Positions 9,700 through 20,002 of a stretch of DNA of 62,043 nt are shown here, in pieces. Every line of letters begins with the position of its first letter. The stretch's first letter is position 1. A program made the position numbers and the translations under genes. The DNA lies in the IMG/VR virus record IMGVR_UViG_3300032322_001602, positions 1-62,043 of that record; one strand, written 5' to 3'. The notes below the pieces were generated by a model. The model had not been told where the DNA came from, did no database searches, and saw only the letters and a list, made by a program, of their open reading frames with translations. This DNA comes from a virus. Its lineage: Duplodnaviria; Caudoviricetes.

Positions 9700-12496
9700 C
9701 GTCGATCTCCAGCGCCCACACACGCGGCGTTGCGTACTTGGTTCCGTAGCCGAGTACGCAACGGATCTTGCGAGCCCCCAGCTCAGCAACCAGCTTCTCG
9801 ATCATGCCATATGGAGCCAGCTCCCTCGATTCGAGGTAGTTGTGGAAGTCGCGTGTGGAGAACCGCACCCGCCGGCTCTCGCTGGCCATCACCACCGACG
9901 CTTTCTCTGATCGTGGTGAGGTCGAGATGTGCGGCAGGTAGCCGTGTGAAGGGCGTCCCGAGCTGCCTGACTCCGAGTGGAAGTCATCGATCACCAGCAG
10001 CCGGTCGCCCCGCTCGCGCAGATACTCGCTCAGCAGTTCATTCAGCTCGCTTTCCTGCCCAACTGCAGAGGTGCGCTCACGCAGCCGCTTGAGGTTGGCC
10101 AGCAGGAACTTCTTCAGCGAGCGCACATCGATGTTGACCAGCCCCAGCTTGCCCGCGAGGATTGCGCCGATCAGCAGGATCGACACCATGCCGTACCAGA
10201 AGCGTTCCTGCGGCTCCATCGTGTCGGCGAGGTGCAGGTACATCTCCTGAACGGCCTCGCGGATCTTCTCTGCATGCATGGCCAGATATTGGGCGTACTC
10301 GCGGCCAGCTTGCCCATAGTTGTGACTCAGTGTCTCGAACAGCAACGTGATCTCAGCCGAGGGCACGTCGGTCTGTGGGGCCTCATGCATCTCGATCTCG
10401 AAGGTGCGCACCATGCCGGCGTCCGAGCCCGTAGTCCTGCGGGCCATCGCATCGAAGATGGACTCGTTCGATGCCACTACCAGCATGGTCTCCCACTTCT
10501 GCGCGTCCCGCAGATTGGCGCTGCTGTCGAGCCGTGACTTCTCCTTGCCCTGTGTCATCTGAAACGCGAGGTTCGTGAACCCGTCCACCGTCTGCTTTCC
10601 ACGCAGCTCGTCCCAGTATCCGGGCAGGTTGTTGACGAAGCCGAGCTTCTTGGCCACCGACTTGGGCGTGTCGTCGACACTGTTCATGGCATGGATCGGT
10701 GACGCCCATACCGCCTGACTGACCTTGAGCGCGGACGACTTCCCCACTCCACTGGCAGGAGACACCAACGACAGGATGCCACCCTGTATGCCAACGAACT
10801 TGAGCAGTGGAGCGGCAAACGCAGCAGCCAAGATGGCGGTGAGTGCCGGGCTGTTCTGCTTGGCGATGAAGTCGGCTACCTTCTTCCACGCATCCAGTTC
10901 ACCGCAGGGCTCGTACAGTTTGGCCATGGTGGCGAACTCGCGTGCCGGGCGAATGTCGTTCCTGACACGACCGTCGGAGTAGTAGACCGTCGGGCTGCAG
11001 GCGAAACCGACGATCTTGTGGTCGGGGCCAAGAATCCAACCGAGCTGCTCCGAGACGTCGGCGACGCGACGTGCGTTCTGCAACTTTTCAAGCCAGCTTG
11101 CCATGAGATCTCCAAAGGGGGCGACTTCCTTCGCCTTCAACACAACTCCGAAGGACGCGAGATGCTCCACGAGTTTACGAGAATTCCCCAGCATGCTCAT
11201 CGGCGCAATCACTGTCCACGTATCCGTACCCTTGAGCGAGATGTCGATCAGCATGTCGAACTGCCCGCTCGCAACCGATCTGACGGGGCGAAAGTTCGAG
11301 GGGATGTGCCTGAAGACCTTGATCCACTCCTTGGTGTTGTTGGCTGGATCGGTCAGCATCAAGCGCTCGACGCCGCGCCCCTGCTCAGCGATGCGCCACC
11401 CGGGCGGCAGCGCCGAGATGTCTGTGGTGTTCCCCTGTCCCACCTGCAGTGGTGTCTTGACGAACCCTGAGTGCGGGCACTTGGCGCAAATCTCCGGGCG
11501 ATACTGCTCGAAGGTCTTGCAGAGCGTTGGGCCTGCGCTGTTAGCGAGGCGATGCTGCCATTTGGCGTCAGTGGCTGCGGCGTTGTAGGACGGATGTCCA
11601 TCGCTTACCGGATGCACCCACGCCGCGCCGTCTTCGCAGTGCTTCAGCAGCTGCAGCACGGCCATCCACTCGGGCTCCTTGCAGGTCTGCCCGTGATGCT
11701 CGACCATCCACTTCGCAACGCCACAGTGCTTCTGGATTTCATCAAACGTGGAGGGAACTGTTGGACGGGCCGCCACCCCACCAGCCAAATCCGAGTTCAC
11801 TGCTACCTGCTGCACTGCAGCGGGCTTGGCGGTGGGTACCCATGGAAGCAGGGCAGTTTCCAAATCGTCTGGGGAAAACTCTACGTCACTGCTGTACAGA
11901 AGTTTGACGGGCTTCGGGCTTGCAGGGTCCTTGAAGTTCACCGTCCCCGGGGGCCGGAGTATCCGGCAGGAGTCAGCGGTGCAAGCCAGATCAGCTTTCA
12001 GGCCGGTGGACTTGGCGGCCTCTTTAAGGGCGTCTGCGAGTCGCTGCCAGCGTTCAAGAGGCACTGGCTCTGTGAGGGGCCAGTAGACGTGGAGCCCATT
12101 GCCAGACCCCACGAGGATGGCTGGCGCAGGCATCTTGGTGGCTTGGCTAAACGCTCGCAGAGCGAACACAGCGGTCTTTGCATCGGGGTACTCGCCTTTG
12201 AAGTCAATGTCGAACCACAGGGCCTTCAGCTCCTGCACGTTCTCGCGAACGCGCACGACTCGCTTGCCCTTGGTGTTGAGGTGGAATCCCTGCTTGTAGG
12301 ATGCAAGGGCAAAGTAGACATTGTGCCCCCCACCAACCAGTTCCATCGCGGTGGAAGCAGCCTCTTCGTGACTGCTGCACACAACGTGGGCGATCGAGTT
12401 GTAGGGCTCTCCGGACGCACGGGTCCGCTCGACCATCCGTCCAATGATGATCCGCCCGGGCGGCACTACAGCTTGTAGGAAGCGGACCAGATCCAT
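9629..12496 (-). CDS. DNA primase-helicase (AEP/RepB-like primase, PriCT, Zn-binding, DUF927-type P-loop helicase)
   Basis: WFDIDFK and SGNGLHVYW primase motifs; CKTF..CAKCPH; Walker A SGVGKSS; WDEL Walker B; start trimmed to MDLVRF. Confidence 0.85.
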   Translation of the reverse strand: MDLVRFLQAVVPPGRIIIGRMVERTRASGEPYNSIAHVVCSSHEEAASTAMELVGGGHNVYFALASYKQGFHLNTKGKRVVRVRENVQELKALWFDIDFKGEYPDAKTAVFALRAFSQATKMPAPAILVGSGNGLHVYWPLTEPVPLERWQRLADALKEAAKSTGLKADLACTADSCRILRPPGTVNFKDPASPKPVKLLYSSDVEFSPDDLETALLPWVPTAKPAAVQQVAVNSDLAGGVAARPTVPSTFDEIQKHCGVAKWMVEHHGQTCKEPEWMAVLQLLKHCEDGAAWVHPVSDGHPSYNAAATDAKWQHRLANSAGPTLCKTFEQYRPEICAKCPHSGFVKTPLQVGQGNTTDISALPPGWRIAEQGRGVERLMLTDPANNTKEWIKVFRHIPSNFRPVRSVASGQFDMLIDISLKGTDTWTVIAPMSMLGNSRKLVEHLASFGVVLKAKEVAPFGDLMASWLEKLQNARRVADVSEQLGWILGPDHKIVGFACSPTVYYSDGRVRNDIRPAREFATMAKLYEPCGELDAWKKVADFIAKQNSPALTAILAAAFAAPLLKFVGIQGGILSLVSPASGVGKSSALKVSQAVWASPIHAMNSVDDTPKSVAKKLGFVNNLPGYWDELRGKQTVDGFTNLAFQMTQGKEKSRLDSSANLRDAQKWETMLVVASNESIFDAMARRTTGSDAGMVRTFEIEMHEAPQTDVPSAEITLLFETLSHNYGQAGREYAQYLAMHAEKIREAVQEMYLHLADTMEPQERFWYGMVSILLIGAILAGKLGLVNIDVRSLKKFLLANLKRLRERTSAVGQESELNELLSEYLRERGDRLLVIDDFHSESGSSGRPSHGYLPHISTSPRSEKASVVMASESRRVRFSTRDFHNYLESRELAPYGMIEKLVAELGARKIRCVLGYGTKYATPRVWALEIDVTWADFSNPLHTPGSSPSSPPAS

Positions 12497-12508
12497 AGCG
12501 TACCGCCG

Positions 12509-12536
12509 AAAAGGGGGGAGGCACGAGCCCTCCCCC
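12509..12536 (-). terminator. Possible weak intrinsic terminator/attenuator upstream of the primase gene
   Basis: Stem GGGGGAGG/CCTCCCCC followed by a short T4 run on the minus strand. Confidence 0.5.
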
Positions 12537-12549
12537 AAAGCCCTCTCAA

Positions 12550-13614
12550 TCAGCCCAACAGCCCTTTCAGGATGCTGTCGAAGTCCGTCGGCGGCTTGCC
12601 GGCGGGAGCGGCCTTTGCGGTCGGCGGAGGCTCGTCCTCGTCAACTGGAGCTGCCTTCTTGGGCTTGTTCGGCTTCGGCTTGGCAGCAGCTGCCGGCGGC
12701 GGCGGCGCAGCTGCGACCACAGGCGGCGGTGGCGGCTCGTCGTCGACGTCGACCTCCTCTTCCTCGACAGGACGGGCCTTCGGCTTGGCAGCCGAGACGG
12801 GAGCTGCAGGTGCGTTCTGGGGCTGACGTGCCGCTGCCTCCGTCCCCACAGTAGTTCCCGTCTCGGCCAGCTCGGTATCCACGGTCTCCGACAGGATGCG
12901 CGTGACCTCTTCGGTCTCCCGCATGGCGACCGCAGCTTTGTACTCGTCTTCCGTCAGATATCGCGTGGCGCGGAACGTCATCTGCGGATGTTCCTTGGCA
13001 GTGTCGAAGCCGACCCGCGTGGCGACGGCGAAGTACTCGACGCCGGCAGGGCTCAGCACCTTCTCGGCGTAGTCCTTCAGCGGGCTCAACGACGCAGGCG
13101 GAACACGCAGCAGGAACAGATGCGCATCCGTCCCCTTGGCAGTGAGTTCGCCAGTGAACACCACGGCCATACGACGAACGTCGGCGCAGGCGCGGCCCTT
13201 CTTGCCGGTCTCGGACGTCCGGCTGCCCCACGCATTCTGCGGGCATGCAGCGCAGAGCGCAGACACCGGATGCTGAACGCCGACGTCCGGGCGGACACCA
13301 TCGGCGGACCAGCACGTCGGCGGCTCGGTCGAGCCCGACTCGTACTTCTTGGCGTAGTAGGTCTTGGACGGCTGGCTGTTGGAGCGGATGAAGACCAGCT
13401 CGATGCTCGGGATCGGATCGTCGTTGGCGTCGAGGAAGTCGCGCTCTTCGCCAGACTTGCGAATGCGCCAGACCTTGCCACGGAACGAGATGATCGGGAA
13501 GCCAGCAGTGACACCGCCGGCAAGCTCATTGCCCAGTGCGCGAGCTGTAGTGACATCCTTGCGCAGATGCGCAGGGAGCTGCCCTTGCGGCAGAAGTGCG
13601 AGTGCGTTCGACAT
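12550..13614 (-). CDS. Putative ssDNA-binding/replication accessory protein
   Basis: GFPIISFRGKVW, PTCWSADG..CAACPQN, long acidic/Pro-rich tail; position in the replication module. Confidence 0.55.
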   Translation of the reverse strand: MSNALALLPQGQLPAHLRKDVTTARALGNELAGGVTAGFPIISFRGKVWRIRKSGEERDFLDANDDPIPSIELVFIRSNSQPSKTYYAKKYESGSTEPPTCWSADGVRPDVGVQHPVSALCAACPQNAWGSRTSETGKKGRACADVRRMAVVFTGELTAKGTDAHLFLLRVPPASLSPLKDYAEKVLSPAGVEYFAVATRVGFDTAKEHPQMTFRATRYLTEDEYKAAVAMRETEEVTRILSETVDTELAETGTTVGTEAAARQPQNAPAAPVSAAKPKARPVEEEEVDVDDEPPPPPVVAAAPPPPAAAAKPKPNKPKKAAPVDEDEPPPTAKAAPAGKPPTDFDSILKGLLG

Positions 13615-14003
13615 TATGAGGCCCTCCTTACTCCGACAGTGTTGATTGAAGTGAACTTGACGCCGGGGACTTCGATCCCCTGCTTCAGCAGCTCACGAAT
13701 GACAGCCTTGTTGGCCTTGATGTCTATGGCCTCCCAGTTGTCAGTCCGTTCGGCCCACTCCTTGAAGCTGGGTCGATCAGTCACGGTGGCTGAGTGCTGT
13801 GTGTTCTTGTAGACGGTGCCGGCATCACAGGCCAAGCTGTCAGCGCCCAGCTCTTCGAGCTTGGCAAGCAGCATGCCTTCCAGCATCTCCATCCCACGAT
13901 TGACCCGCTCCATTGACGCCTTGAACTGTTCGTCAGCCGCCTTCTTGTGGTCACGGAGCGTGATGTAATCCTCGACCAGCTGCGCTGGTGTCTTTTCGAT
14001 CAT
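13614..14003 (-). CDS. Conserved phage replication-region protein (coiled-coil)
   Basis: MIEKTPAQL start with AGGAG RBS; coupled to the next gene. Confidence 0.65.
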   Translation of the reverse strand: MIEKTPAQLVEDYITLRDHKKAADEQFKASMERVNRGMEMLEGMLLAKLEELGADSLACDAGTVYKNTQHSATVTDRPSFKEWAERTDNWEAIDIKANKAVIRELLKQGIEVPGVKFTSINTVGVRRAS

Positions 14004-14016
14004 GTGTGTCTCCTGC

Positions 14017-15552
14017 TTATTCGAACATTTCCAGCAGCGCACCCTGCAAGGATGCTTTCTGCTGAAGCCGACGATAGAGCCTGCGCTCCACCGCCGTGCC
14101 TGTCAAGTGCATAATCAGCTGCTTTCGCGTTTGCGGCGCACGAGTGATTCGGGCACACGCTTGCTCATAAGTAAGCAGCGATGTCGTCGGGCTGAACCAG
14201 ATAATCGTGTCAGCTGCCGTCAGCGTGAGTCCATGCGACATGCAGCCGGGATGGGCCACAATGATGCGCGGCAGCTCTGCCTGCTGAAACGCAGTAAAGA
14301 TCCGATCCCTCTCCCGCTTGGTAGTCTCACCCGAGACCTGCTCTACAGAGTACCCCAGCTTGTTGAGGTGGTTCGAGATCATAATTGAAGCGTGGACGAA
14401 GTTCACGAAAACTATGACCTTGCCTTCGGCCTCGTCGATCAGCTCGATCAGCGCGTCCATACGTAGGGTGTTATCGAGCGTGACTGGAGGTTTGCCATTG
14501 AGGTATACAAACCCAGCCCCAACCTGCAGCAGCTTGGACATCAGCACGCCTTCGTTGGCAGCGGTCACTTCCCCACTGGCGAATGCAGCCTTCATCCTCT
14601 TGAACAGGTCGTTGTAAACCCTGTTCTGCTCAGCCGTGAGCAAACACTCGCGGCTGTCGAAGATGACGGGTGGCAGCTCCGAGCAGTCGTCCCGCTTGTA
14701 ACGGACGGCTGGTTGCAGCATTTCAAAGACCTTCTCCTTGTGGTCCGACCGGGGTATCCATTTGAAGGTGGACACCTGATGCATGGTGAGGTCTTTGAAC
14801 CCCTTGAAGTACTTCGTTGCCCGCTCAGGCGTCAGGAGTTTCGCCTGCCCCCAAGCATCTGTAGGCTCGTTTGGAGCCGGTGAACCAGTGAGACCCCAAG
14901 CGTAAGCACGCCCTGCAATGACAGCAGACAGAGCTTTCCAGCGATCCGTACGAGCATTACGAAAAGCAGCAAGCTCATCAACAACCACACACCCAATATC
15001 GCTACGCCTGCGCAGGTCGTCGAGAACAGTCTTGATCCCATCGTGGTTGATGACGTAGATCTGATGCGGCTGATTGAGGACTTCGAGCCGCTTATCCTTT
15101 GTTCCATGCAGAACTCCCACGCTGAGGTGGTTGAAGTACCGGAAGACTTCCCGATACCAGACAGTGGTCAGAGTGGAAAGCGGCGCGACGACAAGGCATG
15201 CACCAATGACTCCTTCCTGCAACAGGAAGTCCAGCGCGTAGAGCGTCGAGCGTGTCTTGCCGGTGCCCATCTCCGACAGCACGTAGGCTCGCCTGTTCAT
15301 CGTCAGCATGGCGGCAGTGATCTTCTGCGTCTTCCACGGCACGCCCCCGGCCCAGTCATAGCGAGCCATGATGGGGGCCGGGGCCTTCAGGCCGAGGTTA
15401 CGCGCCAGTCGCACAACCTCGTGCGTGTGCGGCAGCACGATTTTGCCGTTGAGCCGCTCGTGTTCAGGGACGAGGTTAGCCAGCCCTGCGTGGAACGGCA
15501 GGAGAAGAGTGCGCCGAGCGCGGTCTACCGTTACGGGTTGAGGTGTAGCCAT
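14017..15552 (-). CDS. SNF2-family (SF2) DNA helicase
   Basis: SEMGTGKT, VVDELA, LTGSP, HGLTLTAA, QACARITR motifs. Confidence 0.9.
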   Translation of the reverse strand: MATPQPVTVDRARRTLLLPFHAGLANLVPEHERLNGKIVLPHTHEVVRLARNLGLKAPAPIMARYDWAGGVPWKTQKITAAMLTMNRRAYVLSEMGTGKTRSTLYALDFLLQEGVIGACLVVAPLSTLTTVWYREVFRYFNHLSVGVLHGTKDKRLEVLNQPHQIYVINHDGIKTVLDDLRRRSDIGCVVVDELAAFRNARTDRWKALSAVIAGRAYAWGLTGSPAPNEPTDAWGQAKLLTPERATKYFKGFKDLTMHQVSTFKWIPRSDHKEKVFEMLQPAVRYKRDDCSELPPVIFDSRECLLTAEQNRVYNDLFKRMKAAFASGEVTAANEGVLMSKLLQVGAGFVYLNGKPPVTLDNTLRMDALIELIDEAEGKVIVFVNFVHASIMISNHLNKLGYSVEQVSGETTKRERDRIFTAFQQAELPRIIVAHPGCMSHGLTLTAADTIIWFSPTTSLLTYEQACARITRAPQTRKQLIMHLTGTAVERRLYRRLQQKASLQGALLEMFE

Positions 15553-15848
15553 ACATCAAGAGCGAAGAACGTGGAGAAATCCGGGCGCAGACCATCCGTG
15601 CCATCAAGGACAAACACTCTCCCCCCTGCCAGTCGAATGGCCTCGATGGTCGTCTCCTGCCGGGGTGTCGGCGCTTGCCCGGGAGCTTTCGCCTCGATGG
15701 CGAAGAAACGCCCACGCGAGCTGCCAACGAAGTCAAGCGACGGCGCACCCAAGCCGTTCTGCACAGTCATGTGCCACCAGCACTCGGGAGCGCGTTTGAG
15801 GATCTTCTTGATTGCCTCTTTGACCCTGCCTTCAGGCGTCATCGCCAT
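15531..15848 (-). CDS. VRR-NUC domain nuclease (resolvase-like)
   Basis: TPEGRVK, GAPSLDF, FFAIEAKAPG, PTPRQ. Confidence 0.85.
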   Translation of the reverse strand: MAMTPEGRVKEAIKKILKRAPECWWHMTVQNGLGAPSLDFVGSSRGRFFAIEAKAPGQAPTPRQETTIEAIRLAGGRVFVLDGTDGLRPDFSTFFALDVWLHLNP

Positions 15849-16134
15849 CCGACTTCTCCATGTTGCTGTGCGCGCCATAGCACGCTTCCACAATCAGCCG
15901 AGGCAGTTCGGTGAAGGTGCCTTCCACCTCCGTACCACCAACCTCGATCTCCACCTTGCTATCCTTGATCGACAGCTCAACGCTGAAACCATGGTCAGCT
16001 GTCTTCGCCAGCACCACCATGGCGGGACCGGGATCGGAGGTGTACCACTGACTGTCGATGGCCTCTTCAGTCCCTTCGTCATCTTCGCCGATGAAGTCAG
16101 CAGCCCACCTGTTCAACTGTTCGATTGAAGGCAT
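15832..16134 (-). CDS. Acidic hypothetical protein
   Basis: MPSIEQL start with AGGAG RBS; fills the gap between flanking genes. Confidence 0.6.
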   Translation of the reverse strand: MPSIEQLNRWAADFIGEDDEGTEEAIDSQWYTSDPGPAMVVLAKTADHGFSVELSIKDSKVEIEVGGTEVEGTFTELPRLIVEACYGAHSNMEKSDGDDA

Positions 16135-16145
16135 TGTCAGTACTC

Positions 16146-16628
16146 CTATAGATCGTAGATCATTCCACAGGTCGCGAGAAATTCCGTCGATGCCAGCTTG
16201 TCTTCGCTCGTACAGACGGAACGCCCATTCTTGAACATGACGCGCCAAACGCCGTTCTCTTCTGCTGTAACCTTTGCAAGGTGTCTGGGGAACTGCCTGT
16301 GGAGTCGCAGGTGATATAGCTCTGCACGCAGGTTAATCGCCACCAGCTGCTCTTTTATTGCCGTCATCAATCCCCCTTGTTCTCCCTTCATCAGTTCAAC
16401 CACACTGGGGTCGATCTGAAATGCGACGCCCCTGTTGCCGAACCTGACCTGAAAGGCGAGACTCATCGACTCTATTCGGTACTCGACCGTTATCTGAGGA
16501 TTCAGTTCGAGAAGCTCGCCAGCCGTCATCCCGTGCGCTGCTGCGTGTTCATCCAACACCTTATCAGCAAACTTCTGATGGTCGGTGTGCGCGAAAGGCT
16601 TCAATGATCCGAAGCCCCAGCTAGTCAC
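16146..16628 (-). CDS. Hypothetical protein
   Basis: 160-aa ORF overlapping the exonuclease stop. Confidence 0.65.
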   Translation of the reverse strand: MTSWGFGSLKPFAHTDHQKFADKVLDEHAAAHGMTAGELLELNPQITVEYRIESMSLAFQVRFGNRGVAFQIDPSVVELMKGEQGGLMTAIKEQLVAINLRAELYHLRLHRQFPRHLAKVTAEENGVWRVMFKNGRSVCTSEDKLASTEFLATCGMIYDL

Positions 16629-17289
16629 GGCTCTTCCAGTGAGGGCAAGCAGTAACCGGGCAGTAGCTGCAGAGGCCCGACGGCTTCGCCGGGAAGTCGG
16701 TCGTCTTGAGCGCCAGCTCGATGCGGGTTGCTCGTGGAATGAGGTCTGCCCAGACAGCCTTGAGGCTGTGCTTGGTGTGCTTCTCAGGGCTGAGGTTCTT
16801 GTGCTTCAGCCACACGAAGGCAACATCGAACGTCTCAAGTTCAGGCATGAACTGCGACAGCACGGCAGCCGACATCGACAGCTGTGTGAAGTTGGGCTTC
16901 ACCTTGCCCGTCTTCCAGTCGATCACAATTGCATGCGTGCCACGGACAATCAGCAGGTCAATGATCACGCGCACGTACACATCGCTGGCAAAGAAGTCGG
17001 TCGGCTGGAAGTCGCGATTCAGCGCGAGTTTAAGCTCTCCGTGCTTTTCGCCAGCAGTCGCGGCGAACTGTGCAGCGATAGCCTCGAAATGCCGGTATGG
17101 AAGTGGAAGCGGATTACCGCGCACAACACGTTTGAAGAGCGCTGCGTGGATTTCGTTTCCTTCGGCTCCAGCTTCGGAGTCTCCATATTCATCCTTCACC
17201 GACTTTGCGACGTTGATCTCGTAGTACTGCTTGGGGCAGTTCTCGTAGCGGCTCAGTGCCGAGTAGCTCCATGCGAACGGCTTACCCAT
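16621..17289 (-). CDS. PD-(D/E)XK (Cas4/RecB-like) exonuclease
   Basis: WSYSALSRYENCP, GNEIH, IIDL..IDWKTGK, C-terminal CSYCPVTAC. Confidence 0.85.
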   Translation of the reverse strand: MGKPFAWSYSALSRYENCPKQYYEINVAKSVKDEYGDSEAGAEGNEIHAALFKRVVRGNPLPLPYRHFEAIAAQFAATAGEKHGELKLALNRDFQPTDFFASDVYVRVIIDLLIVRGTHAIVIDWKTGKVKPNFTQLSMSAAVLSQFMPELETFDVAFVWLKHKNLSPEKHTKHSLKAVWADLIPRATRIELALKTTDFPAKPSGLCSYCPVTACPHWKSRD

Positions 17290-19139
17290 TACTTGCAGTC
17301 CCCAAAGGTGTGCCCGAACTTCACTTCAACGGCCACGGGCAGATCGAGCGCCCATGCCGGTGGGGTCGACATGATCTTCTCGATCTGTCGCCCAAGGTGT
17401 TGAGCATCGCGCTCCGGCACGATGTAGTCAAGCTCGTCGTGGACCTGCAGGGCCATTTCCAGCCCCAGCTCCTCACGAATCGTGATCATGTTCTGCATCA
17501 CCAGAATTCGTGCCAGCGCCTGCACGATATTCTCGGTCAACTTGCCGCCCCAGATCTGCCGGGTCTCACGCCCGTAGGTGTAAACCCACTCGTTGGTAAG
17601 CGGCTCTTTGCGTAGATCATGATAGTAGATCGGCATCCCATTGGGCAGCAGCACCATGTGCTTGCCCGTCAGGCACGGACCAATTGAGCGCTTGTCCCCA
17701 CTGGCAATTGCGCTAAGCCCGGCATGGGTGAGGAAAGTCCACAGCTTTGGGATCTCTGCGTACAGGTTGCGATAAGTCCCAACCAGCGTTCCCGCCTCGG
17801 CTGCTGAAATCTTCACGTCGTCTTTGCGCAGTGTCCCCTGCAGTTTCTCTGATCCCATGCCAAACCCAAGTCCAAGGATGCAGGTCTTGCCAACGAACCG
17901 CCGGGAGTTGTCCAAAGCCGAACGCCCTTTGACTGTCTCCACACCGTACGCATTGGTGGCGAACGAAGAGTAGACATCCTCACCATTACGGAATCCATTC
18001 AGCAAAAGCTGGCACCCGGCAAGCCACGCCACGATGCGGGCCTCGATCTGCGACAGGTCGGCTGCCAGCACAAGATGCCCCGGTGGAGCCCGCAGGGCGT
18101 AGCGCAGACGGCTCTTGTCGACGCGAGGGGGGTTCTGCAGGTTGATCTTCTCCATGCCCCCATAGCGGCCCGTGTGCGCCCGGTAGTATCCCAGCGGTAC
18201 CCTGAGCAGCTTGCGCCGCTGAGCGATCTTCAGGAGCCTCGCGGTGCGGCTCTCAGCAATGGTTGACTTGACCCCAAGCCGGGCATCGAGGAGGGTGGAG
18301 ACAGTCGGATCGTCTTCGAAGTCTTCCTGCATCTGCTTGAAGCCGGTATCGCCCTTGGCAAATGCCCACGTCAGTTTGCCAGTGGCAGGGGAAAGCTTTC
18401 GAGGAGGTTCGACACCCAAGGCCAGCAGCACATCTGCAAACTTGTCGTTGGACATCAGCTTGGTTTTGTCCGCTATGCTCTGAACCGACGCCAGCAGCTG
18501 GGCCTTCTTGGCCTGCTCTTCCTGCAGCACCTCTGCCAGCAGATGAGCGTCAAGCTCGAACTTCGGATTGAGGTACATCCGCAGGGTCTGATCCATGATG
18601 ATGAACTCTTCCTTGGGGAAGAGCGGGCGCAGACGATTGAACAGCCAATGCGTGGAGTCGGTGTCGTTGCAGCAGTAGCCGGCGTACTCTTCCAGCTCAT
18701 CTCGTGAAAGCGACGCACGGCTCCTGCCAATCATGTTGTGTACCGTGTCGCCCTTCTGGATCGGGCACTCCGTGTACTCAAGACACTTGGCAAGCGAGAC
18801 TCCGTACGTGAAGGGCCGCAGGTGCGCCTGCGCCATGGCCATGGTGTCGCAGGCAACGCCAACGGAGATCCCGAACCTCTCCTTGAGGATCAGCAGATCA
18901 AACATCGCATTGTGTGCGACGACAGCAGACTTGTGCAGGTCGAGCGAACGCAGCCACTCGCCTGTCTGCTTCATGGTGCCCGTGAACCACTGGACAGGCT
19001 GATCATCCGCCTTGACTGAAACGAGGATGACCTCGAAGCGTGGATCGGTGATGTAGTCTTCCATCAGCATCTTCGAGAGTGAGTACTCCTTGTCGTAGTA
19101 CGTCTCGAAATCGATGGTCTGCAGCAGAGGGGCTTTCAT
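17289..19139 (-). CDS. polA: Family A DNA polymerase with 3'-5' exonuclease
   Basis: Exo I DFET, Exo II HNAMFD; motif A ADLSQIEAR, motif B RFVGKTCILGLGFG, motif C VHDEL. Confidence 0.92.
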   Translation of the reverse strand: MKAPLLQTIDFETYYDKEYSLSKMLMEDYITDPRFEVILVSVKADDQPVQWFTGTMKQTGEWLRSLDLHKSAVVAHNAMFDLLILKERFGISVGVACDTMAMAQAHLRPFTYGVSLAKCLEYTECPIQKGDTVHNMIGRSRASLSRDELEEYAGYCCNDTDSTHWLFNRLRPLFPKEEFIIMDQTLRMYLNPKFELDAHLLAEVLQEEQAKKAQLLASVQSIADKTKLMSNDKFADVLLALGVEPPRKLSPATGKLTWAFAKGDTGFKQMQEDFEDDPTVSTLLDARLGVKSTIAESRTARLLKIAQRRKLLRVPLGYYRAHTGRYGGMEKINLQNPPRVDKSRLRYALRAPPGHLVLAADLSQIEARIVAWLAGCQLLLNGFRNGEDVYSSFATNAYGVETVKGRSALDNSRRFVGKTCILGLGFGMGSEKLQGTLRKDDVKISAAEAGTLVGTYRNLYAEIPKLWTFLTHAGLSAIASGDKRSIGPCLTGKHMVLLPNGMPIYYHDLRKEPLTNEWVYTYGRETRQIWGGKLTENIVQALARILVMQNMITIREELGLEMALQVHDELDYIVPERDAQHLGRQIEKIMSTPPAWALDLPVAVEVKFGHTFGDCK

Positions 19140-20002
19140 GGGAGAAACGTCTTGTCTAGTGCCTTGGAGAGCCTACCCAAAAGAGAAGGTTTTTCGTTCG
19201 CAACGGGCGGATGCAACACATGTTGGCTCTTCTGTGCAGCCGCCATCGCAGCGATCTGGGCTTTCTGATGAGCCAATTCAAGTTCCAGCTGCTCTTCAGC
19301 CCTGATCTTGGTCCACACGTCTTCCGCAAGTGCCCGTCCATACTGCATTGGGGGTATCTCGGAACTCCACGGGTACATAGGAGGATTGTCCGAAGGACGC
19401 GGAGGTGGCGGGCCGTTAAGTGCCCCTCCAAAAAAGGGGCGATTGTGGTACTGCTGCAGCGCCTGATTCATCGCCTGCTGTTGCTGCGCCGCTTGCGCCA
19501 GTGCGCTGTTCTGCACAGGAGGACCCAGCATCTGCCGCATGATCTCGTCACTCCACAATTGTGGGATGAACTGGTTGCCCTTCGCTGCCGTCATCCCAGA
19601 CATCTGCGCCTGCCGCCGCGCCTGCATCTTTGCATCCGTCTCTGACGGCGCTACGAACTTGCCAACGGGAATGATCTCTTGCCAGCCGCATCCTTCGCAA
19701 CGCATCGATGCCAGCATCCCGTAATTCTGCAGCGGGTCGGGCTCGTAACTGGCGAACAGCGCACGGGCTTTGATCCGTGCGTGGCGAACTTCGTTCTCCA
19801 TACAGGCAGGGCAAAACATGATGTTTTGCTGGTCCTCAACCTCGCGAAACGACGGCTCGTGAATGTAGTGGTAGCCCAAGTACTTGGTCCTGAACTCCGC
19901 TTCACTCATTATCGTACTTGCCGCCCTCGGCTTGATCTGGACAATCCGCTTGCGACGCTCGGCTCGGGCAGCCTCGGTATCCCACTGTGGCACTTCAGAC
20001 AT
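19136..20002 (-). CDS. Hypothetical Zn-ribbon, Gln/Pro-rich protein
   Basis: CPAC and CEGC pairs; start MSEVPQ with GGGAGG RBS. Confidence 0.7.
   Translation of the reverse strand: MSEVPQWDTEAARAERRKRIVQIKPRAASTIMSEAEFRTKYLGYHYIHEPSFREVEDQQNIMFCPACMENEVRHARIKARALFASYEPDPLQNYGMLASMRCEGCGWQEIIPVGKFVAPSETDAKMQARRQAQMSGMTAAKGNQFIPQLWSDEIMRQMLGPPVQNSALAQAAQQQQAMNQALQQYHNRPFFGGALNGPPPPRPSDNPPMYPWSSEIPPMQYGRALAEDVWTKIRAEEQLELELAHQKAQIAAMAAAQKSQHVLHPPVANEKPSLLGRLSKALDKTFLP

Noticed and set aside
16621-17289. Cas4 as part of a CRISPR system
   Set aside because: No array or other cas genes; this is a common phage replication exonuclease next to PolA.
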